This document shows positions 1 to 8,276 of a stretch of 64,000 nucleotides of DNA, in pieces. Under the pieces are notes generated by a model. It was not told the origin of the DNA. It saw nothing but the letters and a program-made list of their open reading frames with translations, and made no database searches. The translations under genes were made by a program, and so were the position numbers. The DNA lies in NCBI GenBank assembly GCA_000146465.1, contig CP001947.1; one strand, written 5' to 3'. Position 1 is the stretch's first letter; each line of letters starts with the position of its first letter.

Positions 1-139
1 TCTCCATATCCGCAGTATCCCGTTTCTCTAAATGGCTTGCAGATGATTTTGTGTGTCTCTACCATTTCATTATCTTTGGCCATAAGCCCCAAGGATAGTC
101 TTGATGGGTCTTATATTTTTCCCAAAGCAATCTCAACAT

Positions 140-1168
140 TCAATCAAATTCGTCAGACAACGGGGCTTCTCTGGGAGGCTTTGTCCACCATCCATAAAAA
201 GATTTCGAGGCTTTGGAAAGACTCCCAAGTGCTTGAGGAACATACTCTTGAACCTTATTCTTAATGGTACTTCCAAGTTCTTGAGGAACATACTCTTGGA
301 TCTTTTCCCTAACGATGTTTTTAAAATTGGGAATATACTCCTGCAATATCTTCTTTACAATAGATGGAATTATCTTCTTTGCATATTCTAGAACAAGGAT
401 CTTGGCCTCTTCCTCCGATAGGGAGGAGCCCTTCTTTTTTGAGCTGTGCTCCTCATTTTCGATTGCAATGATCCATTCAAAAAAGAGAACAATGCATCTC
501 TTTGCTATTGGATATAAAAAGGGAAAAGATACCACGATCAAAAACAAAAAAGTTATTGGTAGTGAAAACTTTTCAAATCTAAACGGAACTCTCTCCATTC
601 TCTCTTCAACCTTTCTCTTGATAGTCGACTCCATTGCCATCAGAACAACACCCACCAGATAGGAAATCTCTGAGGGAATTCCTTCTCTTCCGTGATTCAG
701 AAAATCAACTGCCAGTGCTGTTCCAATGATCAGAATAGTCAAAGATGAAAATATAGTCTTACTGGCAGAATAAGGAGTAGTGGAATTCAATGTCTCACAA
801 GCATTTGGCAGTAGATATCCCATCGACACAAAAATGGCACACTTGTGGATTCCAGCCTTTCCAGTTTTGAATGCAACAATTGCCCTGAGAAAGTATATTG
901 TTAGAACAGCTATGCAGAATAGCTTCATCATAGTTTTGATATTTATATCATTCAAAGCAGACTTCCCGTCGCTTCTGTTGATGGAAATCAATCGCAATAA
1001 GAGTCTTACTTGGTAAAGGAAATTCACAAGCATAAGAATCCTAATTATCCAGCTAGCCAACACCCAGTTTACATTTGCGTATTGTATTCCAACTATAAAG
1101 TACAAGGTAAATAGTGTCAAAACCTCACTGCTAAACGGTTTTATGTTTATGGAAGCGATCTTCTCCAT
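140..1168 (-). CDS. Hypothetical multi-pass membrane protein with C-terminal 16-aa tandem repeats
   Basis: 342-aa ORF starting at a true ATG (cat at 1166-1168). Several hydrophobic segments. The C-terminal tail has three imperfect QEY(V/I)P... repeats encoded by 48-bp tandem repeats. A GGG-type motif sits on the sense strand just upstream of the ATG. No family recognised. Confidence 0.5.
   Translation of the reverse strand: MEKIASINIKPFSSEVLTLFTLYFIVGIQYANVNWVLASWIIRILMLVNFLYQVRLLLRLISINRSDGKSALNDINIKTMMKLFCIAVLTIYFLRAIVAFKTGKAGIHKCAIFVSMGYLLPNACETLNSTTPYSASKTIFSSLTILIIGTALAVDFLNHGREGIPSEISYLVGVVLMAMESTIKRKVEERMERVPFRFEKFSLPITFLFLIVVSFPFLYPIAKRCIVLFFEWIIAIENEEHSSKKKGSSLSEEEAKILVLEYAKKIIPSIVKKILQEYIPNFKNIVREKIQEYVPQELGSTIKNKVQEYVPQALGSLSKASKSFYGWWTKPPREAPLSDEFD
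221..365. repeat. Three imperfect 48-bp tandem repeats inside the 3' end of CDS 140..1168
   Basis: Direct repeat '..cc(c/t)aagt(g/t)cttgaggaacatactcttg..' at 221-254 and 269-301, plus a more diverged third copy. Translates on the minus strand to the repeated 16-aa peptide 'QEYVPQ(E/A)LGS..K'. Confidence 0.7.
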
Positions 1169-1306
1169 TCCCTACTTCTGAGAGAAAACCAAGATAAATT
1201 AATTACAACTGTGAACCAATAAAAACACTCTTTCTCTCCTTATTAATCAAATTCAAAAAGAAAATCCATGTTATTCAGGATCGCAGGGCTAAGTAAAGAT
1301 GTTTAT

Positions 1307-1851
1307 TCAAGACGAGACTGCTCTGTTCGACAAGTTAAGTGCCTCTGCCTGCTCGGCAAGCTCTCGGGCTCTTTGCTCATCGGCCTTTCTCTTGATTATG
1401 CTATCTTTCATGTGGAATCTGTGCTTGAAAAGATGGCCCTTTGCCTGCTTGTAAAACACTCGGAAGTCTTCCTTGGTGATCTCTCCATTGGCCCTCATCT
1501 CCTTCAGCATCTTCCTCATTGCACGAATCTTCTTCATCCATAGCTCCTTCCTTGGCATTCTTGCATTGGCCGTACCAAAGCGCTTTCCAGGCCCCATGTG
1601 CCTCCCCTTCTTCTTGGCTGCCAGGCGCTTTCGGAGTCGTCCTCTGCTGGTGTGCTTGTCCTGCTTCATAATAATCACATTGTCTTGTATCAGCTGCCTA
1701 ATCTGATCCCGAGTGGTTGCTCCGTTGAGCCTCTCAATTTCGTTGTTATCCAACCAAAGCTTCTTCTTCCCACATCCTAGGATGTCTGCTGCCAAACGCC
1801 TGACTCTCTCCTCGTTCGACCTTCAAATTAGAAATGATCCATCACTTACAT
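1307..1851 (-). CDS. RPL19: 60S ribosomal protein L19e, spliced. Exon 2 is 1307..1820; exon 1 is only 'AT' at 1850..1851.
   Basis: The ORF matches L19e (LAADILGCGKKKLWLDNNE...) but begins at a TTG with no in-frame ATG. The minus strand upstream reads aaaAT|GTAAGTGATGGATCATTTCTAATTTGAAG|GTCGAAC. Removing the 29-nt intron gives MSNEERVRRLAADILGCGKKK, which aligns residue-for-residue with yeast MANLRTQKRLAASVVGVGKRK. AAAAATTTGCACCCTAAAA lies immediately 5' of the ATG. Confidence 0.8.
1821..1849 (-). other. Spliceosomal intron (29 nt) in RPL19, splitting the start codon as AT|G
   Basis: GTAAGTGA 5' end, branch-like TCTAAT 8 nt before the 3' AG. The frame and conserved N-terminus are restored only when it is removed. 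Confidence 0.7.
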
Positions 1852-1870
1852 TTTTAGGGTGCAAATTTTT
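1852..1870 (-). promoter_or_regulatory. AAATTT + CCC promoter motif upstream of RPL19
   Basis: Sense-strand AAAAATTTGCACCCTAAAA directly abuts the ATG. Near-identical blocks precede RPL14 and RPS26. Confidence 0.6.
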
Positions 1871-1935
1871 CCGGGCTTTTGCCTAAAGGCCTGATCAAAC
1901 AACTCTCCAAAAACAAGATTTATTCGTCCGAGTCT

Positions 1936-2424
1936 CTAGGCCTCGCATCCACACTGCCAAATCTCATCAACGGTCCTGCAATCAACAATAGTCTTTCCAA
2001 GTCTCTCGTTAACTATGTTGTGGACCTCGCACAGCCATGTCTTGAATTCCTTACCACTTCCAACTCTTGGAGGATGATCTTGAATCAGCTTTTGAAAGTG
2101 CTTAGTACACTCACCACAGGGAAACAGAGATGACAGGAGATGAATGAAGCTTAGGGTATCTTTCTTCTGCTGGAAGCTTGGCGACGCTGGATATCTCGAC
2201 CCCATTGTGTGGAGTAGTGTCCATGTAGCCCTTCCCAGCCTTTCTCTTATCTCCTTCTTGTTCATCTTCCTCACCTGAAAGTCTTCAAGCCTAACTCCAT
2301 TCCAGGAGGATAGGTTGGAAATCTTCTTTTCTCTATTTCCTGCTACAAACTCGTAGCATCTATATATAATCCATGCTGCAATCAGTACTGCTAAGATCTT
2401 TCCATACCCCTTCTCTCTCTTCAT
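1936..2424 (-). CDS. ERV1: FAD-linked sulfhydryl oxidase, Erv1/ALR family
   Basis: CGECTKHF...W.CEVHN.VNERLGK motifs typical of Erv1/ALR. The ORF-track start is a GTG; the first in-frame ATG is cat at 2422-2424 (MKREKGYG...). Confidence 0.75.
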   Translation of the reverse strand: MKREKGYGKILAVLIAAWIIYRCYEFVAGNREKKISNLSSWNGVRLEDFQVRKMNKKEIRERLGRATWTLLHTMGSRYPASPSFQQKKDTLSFIHLLSSLFPCGECTKHFQKLIQDHPPRVGSGKEFKTWLCEVHNIVNERLGKTIVDCRTVDEIWQCGCEA

Positions 2425-2585
2425 GTTTATACTCCACACTTCTTTATTTATAGACTTTCATGTTTCATCCTTATCACTCCTCATCAGTTTTCGTCCCTTG
2501 GATATTTACTTGACAGAGCTCTTGAAAGCCGGATATCCAGTCATACTCGCAAGGAATAAATATAGCTGGTTGGCAGACCCCAAGG

Positions 2586-3524
2586 ATGAAAACACTTCCG
2601 AAGTTCAAGCCGTTTGTCCAGGCTTGTACAGACTGCGGAGAAACACAGAACATAGTCGAAGACTACAAAAACGGATACCATGTGTGTGGAAGATGTGGAT
2701 GTATTGTGGGAAACAGAATCATAGACGAGGGAAGCGAGTGGAGATCATTTGGAGATAGCAATAAGGTAGATCCATGCCGAATCGGAAGTGCAAGTAACCC
2801 TTATCTCGAATCGGAACAGCTAGACACCATTATAAGCACAGGCGGAGGAATGAATTCCTATATGCTGTCGAAAATCCAGATGAAAAACAGCATGAGAGGT
2901 CCAGAAAGAGCTCTAAAGCATGGGATGAATCTTATCACTGCATTCTGTGAGAGGTCGAATCTTTCAAGGACCATCATCGACAGAGCACATTACATCTTCA
3001 AGAACATCGAGGAGAGAAAGCTTCTGAAGGGTAAAAACGTGGAAGGGATTGTTGCAGCCTGCATATACATAGCATGCAGGCAAGAGGAGTGTCCCAGAAC
3101 ATTCAAGGAGATAAGTGTGATGACTGCTGTACAGAAAAGAGAGATAGGAAGATGCTTCAAGTTGATATCTCCCCACTTGGAGAGGATGGCAACAATGTCT
3201 ACAGAGAATATAATAGCAAGATTCTGCTCCGATCTTAATTTGAACATCAAGATCCAGAAGATTGCTACAGAAATAGCAAAGGCAGCACATGAGCTGGGAT
3301 GTCTTGCAGGTAAAAGCCCTGATTCCATAGCAGCAGCAGTCATATACATGGTAACAAATCTATTTCCCGAGGAAAAGAGAATCCAGAAGGATATTCAGTT
3401 TGTAACCAATGTCACGGAAGTTACAATCAAGAATACATATAAAGAATTGCTGGCCTTCAAATATGACATAATCCCCGAAAACATGGTCTGCAAGGAAAAC
3501 ATAGACAAACTCCCTGGATATTGA
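2586..3524 (+). CDS. Transcription initiation factor TFIIB
   Basis: N-terminal zinc ribbon (C.DCG....C..CG.I) followed by two cyclin-like repeats. Length 312 aa. GACCCCAAGG precedes the ATG. Confidence 0.85.
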   Translation: MKTLPKFKPFVQACTDCGETQNIVEDYKNGYHVCGRCGCIVGNRIIDEGSEWRSFGDSNKVDPCRIGSASNPYLESEQLDTIISTGGGMNSYMLSKIQMKNSMRGPERALKHGMNLITAFCERSNLSRTIIDRAHYIFKNIEERKLLKGKNVEGIVAACIYIACRQEECPRTFKEISVMTAVQKREIGRCFKLISPHLERMATMSTENIIARFCSDLNLNIKIQKIATEIAKAAHELGCLAGKSPDSIAAAVIYMVTNLFPEEKRIQKDIQFVTNVTEVTIKNTYKELLAFKYDIIPENMVCKENIDKLPGY

Positions 3525-3584
3525 TGAGATGCTAAGGACTGTAATTTCTAGGGATAGAGATATGCATAAGAATTAAAAATTCCT

Positions 3585-4046
3585 TTATTTCTTTCTTGAA
3601 ACACCCATGGACTTCCCACGTCTTCCATTTGACTTGGTCCTTTGTCCACGGACCTTGAGGCCAACATCGAGTCTGCATGCTCTGATGCGCTTGTTCTTCT
3701 TTCCTCTTTCAATCATCATTCTTAGATCTGCATCGAGTTTTGTACCTATGAGATGGGATGTTGTCCCGTCAACAGGATCCTTCTGATGGTTTAGATAAGA
3801 TTCCGGAATTCCTAGGCTTGCAGGGTCGAGAATTGCATCTGAAATCCTCTTCATCTCCTCCTCAGACATTTCTCCGGCACGCCTCTTCAAATCAATCCCA
3901 AGGCGCTTGCATATGGCTGTCGAGATTCTTATTCCCACACCTCTGATCTTTGTAAGAGCAAAAGCAATTCTCTTTGTCCCGTCAATGTTGGTGTTGTGGA
4001 TACGAACGATGTACTGGACGTCAGCCGGGTCGTAGACATAGTTCAT
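3585..4046 (-). CDS. RPS18: 40S ribosomal protein S18 (uS13)
   Basis: Full-length match to the S18/uS13 family (VRIHNTNIDG...RACRLDVGLKVRGQRTKSNGRRGK). GAAAAATTTAATCCCTTAAATG lies upstream. No intron. Confidence 0.9.
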   Translation of the reverse strand: MNYVYDPADVQYIVRIHNTNIDGTKRIAFALTKIRGVGIRISTAICKRLGIDLKRRAGEMSEEEMKRISDAILDPASLGIPESYLNHQKDPVDGTTSHLIGTKLDADLRMMIERGKKNKRIRACRLDVGLKVRGQRTKSNGRRGKSMGVSRKK

Positions 4047-4069
4047 TTAAGGGATTAAATTTTTCACGG
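4047..4069 (-). promoter_or_regulatory. AAATTT + CCC promoter motif upstream of RPS18
   Basis: Sense strand ccgtGAAAAATTTAATCCCTTAA immediately 5' of the ATG. Confidence 0.55.
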
Positions 4070-4141
4070 TTCAAAATGAAGGCAGACTTTCAAGATGGAA
4101 AGACAACAGGACGTAGTAACAGATAAAACCAAAAGTATACT

Positions 4142-4426
4142 TTATTCCTCCAGAAGCATCTTTGTCAACTTCTTCATCCTCTTTCCTGCACGCTTGTGAG
4201 ACCCCAATCTCTTTCGGAGAATCCTCTGTGCCTTGCTATTGTTCTTTGCCTCAATAAGCGAAATAACTTTCTTCTCAAGTGGAGAATAACCGCATAACTC
4301 CTCTGCAACTGAGGCTGCAAACATGCGTATCTTTCCAGACTCCTCGCTGGGCTTCTTGGCTTCTCTCTTCACATCGGGCCTCTTTACTGGATAACGTACT
4401 CGAACTTTCTTGAGAGCGTTCTTCAT
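4142..4426 (-). CDS. RPL36: 60S ribosomal protein L36e
   Basis: The C-terminal 94 aa of the 197-aa ORF match L36e (GYSPLEKKVISLIE...RILRKRLGSHKRAGKRMKK). The internal ATG at 4424-4426 is preceded by AAAATTTTTCTCGGCCCTGCA. The upstream part of the ORF is not L36-like. Confidence 0.8.
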   Translation of the reverse strand: MKNALKKVRVRYPVKRPDVKREAKKPSEESGKIRMFAASVAEELCGYSPLEKKVISLIEAKNNSKAQRILRKRLGSHKRAGKRMKKLTKMLLEE

Positions 4427-4478
4427 TGCAGGGCCGAGAAAAATTTTAATTCTACAAGGATGCAGTCCTTGCAAACCA

Positions 4479-7070
4479 ATGCTTATTGAGAGGTTCAAAG
4501 AAATAAGAAACAAGATATATGAGGATATCCATGCAGCCTCTGAGACAGACATAAGATTTATGAGGGATGCTCTGGGTCTACAAGACATGGCATATGGAAG
4601 GATCAAGACGTATTCTGCCGAGGACAGCAAGGTTCTGGCGCTTTTTACATTGAAGTACAATGTTGCAGTTCTCTTGGAGTTTATTTCCCGAAACGGAGTC
4701 GAGCTTGGGAGCGATATATGTATGGCGCTTTGCAATGCATTGTTTGAGGAGATTCCTCAGGCATCTCCTGAATGTTCCCTGGAGATCGAGGATATAAAAG
4801 CACGAACGGACGAGGTGATTGTAGACATCCTGTGTAGCATTGGAGAGGGGATGCATGTTGAGAAGATCAAGTCATATTTGAGCTTGCAGGAGATTCCTGA
4901 CGGGGTTAGCGTCAATCTTGCAGTGGTGTTTACAGCTCCATCCTGGAAGTCGTATGACCTCCGTGTGATTAATGAATTGGTTCTTGGGCCTGTTTTGGTG
5001 GAGCTGCTGAGAAGTTTTAAGGAATCTCTCCGGCCGCAAATAAAGGAAAGAATATTGGACTCTTGCAAGAAGAGACTTAGGAATGAAAGAGATCGGTCGA
5101 TTATTTACCAAATATTCTACGAGCTTAACACAGGGAAGGACATTAAGATGTTTGAAATTGAAGAAGACGAGAAAGAGGAGGCATATGTTGGATTTATATA
5201 CTCTCTAATGGTTGATGAAGAAAGTTGCTTAAAGGGATATGAGGTTTTGTCAAAGGCAGGTCTTTTTAACGACCTAAGAAAGGCTCTTGAAATGATAAAT
5301 GTTCTAAGCCAGGCAGAATATAAAAGAATTAGGCCTGAAGATGAAAAGCTCATCTATCATCTTATGCAAGTGATTGAGAGGCTTGTATCTTCAGACTGGC
5401 ATGGCCTTGGCTTTGTAAGGCTGTACTTCATGAGATTTGTCGAGCTGTTTCTTAACACTCTTGTAGGGCAAATTTCTCTAAGGATAAAAGGGCAGATATA
5501 CGAGATCCTATCTTCATTCATGAGAGATGGAGACTGTAAGGAAACAATCTGCGAGTTTATGAGAGGAGTTGGGATATTCAACAAAGAGGCCATCCATGCT
5601 GATTTCGAGAAAGAACTTGAGAGTAAGAACTTCTCTATGGCTCCGAGTTTCCTCCGGTTTTGTACGTTTCTTGGAAATGAGGAATGTATCAGATTTGCCA
5701 TGTACGCACTTAAAAGCGAGGATCCATCAACAGTCACCCGGTGCTTTGACGTCATCGAAAGGTTTGTGGACAAGAAAAACACAGAGGGGGGGAGTAGCAG
5801 TGAGTTTATTGTTTCTCAGCTCTCCTTGATGTCTCAACATATTCGAGTAGCAATGCTAAACAACTCACAAGTCACCAACAGGATTTTGGAATTCCAGCTG
5901 AGCACGGGCATTGTGATTGGAGATGTGTCGATAATCAATGTGATCATAAATACACCGAACCCAAGGTTCTTTGAGTATGTAAGGCTTTTTGAGGACTTCT
6001 CATTCTTCATGAATGAAAACTTCCTTGAAAGGCTTTCTGAAGATGAAGAAGAAGGCTTCAAATATCTCTGTGAGGTGACTGCTAACAACCATGAAGCATG
6101 CAAGTTTGTGATGAACAATGAAGATTGGTTCAATGCTTATGTCAAAAACAATCCTTGTGTTCAAGAAGCAGCCATTAGGATATACGAGAACCTGGTTGAT
6201 TATGACATCGAGAATGTGGAAGTCAGCTTTGACAGAGGGTTTATCCTTCCAGACATACCACATCGGTCAGTATTCTCGATTCTTAGCAAGTTGATTCTTT
6301 ATTCGGTTTATACAAGAAAGACTTCATACTCAAGATATATCACAGACAAAGACTACAGCTTGGATAGCTCAAATATCAATGAGTACTGTTTGTATATCAA
6401 ATGCAGAATAGTTGTAGGAGACAATGTTGAGGATAGGATCAAATATCTTATGAAACAGTATACAGGAATAGAAGATCTACTCGGATATTATGAGGTTTCC
6501 ACTGGGATATCACTGAACATCTCCTCCTCAAAGAACCTCTTGGTAAACATAGGAAAGAAGGATACAAGCATGTTTATCAACATGTTTAGCAATGCTAGTA
6601 ACTTCGAGAAGTTTCTTTTATTCTTTTTCATTGGAGAAATTGATGCAGAGGAAGGCAAGGCAATTGAGAAAATAGTCAAAGAGGAAATCACAAGAATAAT
6701 GGTATCCCAGTCCTCGAGCACATCGGAGAAAATGATTCTGAGGCAATGCTTGATAACACTCTTGTCTCTTAACAACATAGACTCGATTGTGAGGTTGATA
6801 GGCGAATATGACGACACCGATCTACTTCTAAAAGCCAACATAAGAAATCTTCTGTGCGGAGGGTCATACTTCAATAGCTCTTTGGTCATGAAAGGCCCAT
6901 TGGAGCTGCAAGTCTATGCTGTTCTCCTCCTTTATTACAAATCAGTCTGGGACTTAGCTGCTCTGAAGGATTGGATCCTGTATCTTAGGAGAGAGTGTAA
7001 GGATAACGACGACCTGGAATATCTTATAAGCGATATCAAGAGCAAAAACATACGGATTGAGCTTGAGTAA
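4479..7070 (+). CDS. Large hypothetical alpha-helical protein (about 863 aa)
   Basis: Long uninterrupted ORF. The track start at 4410 is a TTG that overlaps the RPL36 start. The first ATG, at 4479 (MLIERF...), leaves a 52-bp bidirectional spacer to RPL36. No recognisable family; predicted helical-repeat composition. Confidence 0.55.
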   Translation: MLIERFKEIRNKIYEDIHAASETDIRFMRDALGLQDMAYGRIKTYSAEDSKVLALFTLKYNVAVLLEFISRNGVELGSDICMALCNALFEEIPQASPECSLEIEDIKARTDEVIVDILCSIGEGMHVEKIKSYLSLQEIPDGVSVNLAVVFTAPSWKSYDLRVINELVLGPVLVELLRSFKESLRPQIKERILDSCKKRLRNERDRSIIYQIFYELNTGKDIKMFEIEEDEKEEAYVGFIYSLMVDEESCLKGYEVLSKAGLFNDLRKALEMINVLSQAEYKRIRPEDEKLIYHLMQVIERLVSSDWHGLGFVRLYFMRFVELFLNTLVGQISLRIKGQIYEILSSFMRDGDCKETICEFMRGVGIFNKEAIHADFEKELESKNFSMAPSFLRFCTFLGNEECIRFAMYALKSEDPSTVTRCFDVIERFVDKKNTEGGSSSEFIVSQLSLMSQHIRVAMLNNSQVTNRILEFQLSTGIVIGDVSIINVIINTPNPRFFEYVRLFEDFSFFMNENFLERLSEDEEEGFKYLCEVTANNHEACKFVMNNEDWFNAYVKNNPCVQEAAIRIYENLVDYDIENVEVSFDRGFILPDIPHRSVFSILSKLILYSVYTRKTSYSRYITDKDYSLDSSNINEYCLYIKCRIVVGDNVEDRIKYLMKQYTGIEDLLGYYEVSTGISLNISSSKNLLVNIGKKDTSMFINMFSNASNFEKFLLFFFIGEIDAEEGKAIEKIVKEEITRIMVSQSSSTSEKMILRQCLITLLSLNNIDSIVRLIGEYDDTDLLLKANIRNLLCGGSYFNSSLVMKGPLELQVYAVLLLYYKSVWDLAALKDWILYLRRECKDNDDLEYLISDIKSKNIRIELE

Positions 7071-7198
7071 TAAAATATCTTAAAGCACGCGATTGCGCTT
7101 CCTGTGTAATCTACTTCTCATCAAAACTGAAACAAGAAAGAGGCCGAAGCTATTTATTCAAGAAGGGCTTGACTTCCGTGCAGGCCCGTGGGTCTGGC

Positions 7199-7420
7199 TC
7201 AAGGCTTGCTTGTATTCTCTTGCTTCTTGATCTCTCTCTGCTTCTGCCGCTCCCTTAAGAAGTTCCTCTTCTTTGTCTTTAAGATCTTGATCTTGCTAAG
7301 GAGGCTCTTTCTTTCCTCCTGCTTCTGCTGCTTTATTCTCAGCCTCTGCTTGAAGGAGAGGACTGTATTGGGATCTTTTTGTTTCTTCTCCTTCCATACC
7401 TTCAAGTAAGTTTTGCTCAT
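7199..7420 (-). CDS. Small lysine-rich hypothetical protein (73 aa)
   Basis: Only the C-terminal part (MSKTYLKVWKEKKQKD...) of the 150-aa ORF avoids the Sm gene on the opposite strand. Internal ATG at 7418-7420. Function unknown, possibly a nucleolar or ribosome-biogenesis basic protein. Confidence 0.35.
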   Translation of the reverse strand: MSKTYLKVWKEKKQKDPNTVLSFKQRLRIKQQKQEERKSLLSKIKILKTKKRNFLRERQKQREIKKQENTSKP

Positions 7421-7504
7421 TGCTGCGGTTCCTTGAAAAATATTTTTATCGTTAAGACATTCAAGCCAAAATAGTTGTGAGGGTGGAAAAGCCCTTAATT
7501 CGAA

Positions 7505-7720
7505 ATGGACAACACCCTGTACACAGCCTTTATAGGAAAGGCTGTTAAGGTCAAGATTTGCGACGGCTCTGAGTTTAGAGGAACATCGGCAGCAATAGAT
7601 GCATATCTCAACATATCCTTGGAGTCTGTATTCTACCTTCAGAAAGGCCAAGAGCCCAGATATTATTCCTCTCTATTCATCAAAGGATCGTATATCGACC
7701 ACATAGCATTGGATGTATGA
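7505..7720 (+). CDS. Sm-like protein (SmF/LSm6-type)
   Basis: 71 aa with Sm1/Sm2 pattern (GK.V.VK...G.EFRG...D.YLNI.L....F...........LFIKGS.I.HIAL). AAAAGCCCTTAATTCGAA precedes the ATG. Confidence 0.7.
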   Translation: MDNTLYTAFIGKAVKVKICDGSEFRGTSAAIDAYLNISLESVFYLQKGQEPRYYSSLFIKGSYIDHIALDV

Positions 7721-7763
7721 GGTTTTCAGGCCGAATAGGCAAGTCTTCTATCTAAAATGAAGT

Positions 7764-8201
7764 TTATAAGGAAGGTTTATTTCTTTTGATCTTACAGACT
7801 ATCTTACTGCTCATAGCCTGGATGTTATGCCGTATGGACTCGATGTCATTCATGATCCTTAGGGTTTCTCTACGATACTCCGTAAGAAGTTTTCCTAAGT
7901 ACTCGATCTTCATCATTAGATTCTCACTTTTACTATCAACAGCCTCGTGGCGGAGAAGATGTTTCTTAAGAGGATCGCTTCGTGTATAATCCTTCCCACA
8001 CAAATGACACTCGAAGGGCCGTTCTCCCGTATGTCTCCGTGCATGGGCAAGCAGTGCGTGCTTACTAACCTGGACTTCTCCATATCTCGGACAATCTTTC
8101 CACAAGCACCTAGCCTCCTCGTCCTTTTCTATGTGGGAGAGCAGATGACCTCTCACATTATCTTCGATGTCTTTCTGACACTCCTCCCATTCACATCTCA
8201 T
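7764..8201 (-). CDS. C2H2 zinc-finger transcription factor (three fingers; first two of the C-x-W-x2-C GLI/PacC-like type)
   Basis: CEWEEC...H..SH, CLWKDC...H...H, HTGERPFECHLCGKDYTRSDPLKKHLLRH. True ATG at 8199-8201. Confidence 0.65.
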   Translation of the reverse strand: MRCEWEECQKDIEDNVRGHLLSHIEKDEEARCLWKDCPRYGEVQVSKHALLAHARRHTGERPFECHLCGKDYTRSDPLKKHLLRHEAVDSKSENLMMKIEYLGKLLTEYRRETLRIMNDIESIRHNIQAMSSKIVCKIKRNKPSL

Positions 8202-8276
8202 TGCTTAGGAGGGCTACCATGGGCAAAAGCTCTTCTCCAAAAGGAAAACAACATTTTAGCTTTATCATCATATAGA

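Noticed and set aside
7421-7651. Full-length 150-aa minus-strand ORF 7199..7651
   Set aside because: Its N-terminal half is antisense to the well-supported Sm-like gene (7505-7720) and is Cys-rich junk. Only the C-terminal portion from ATG 7418-7420 was kept, at low confidence.
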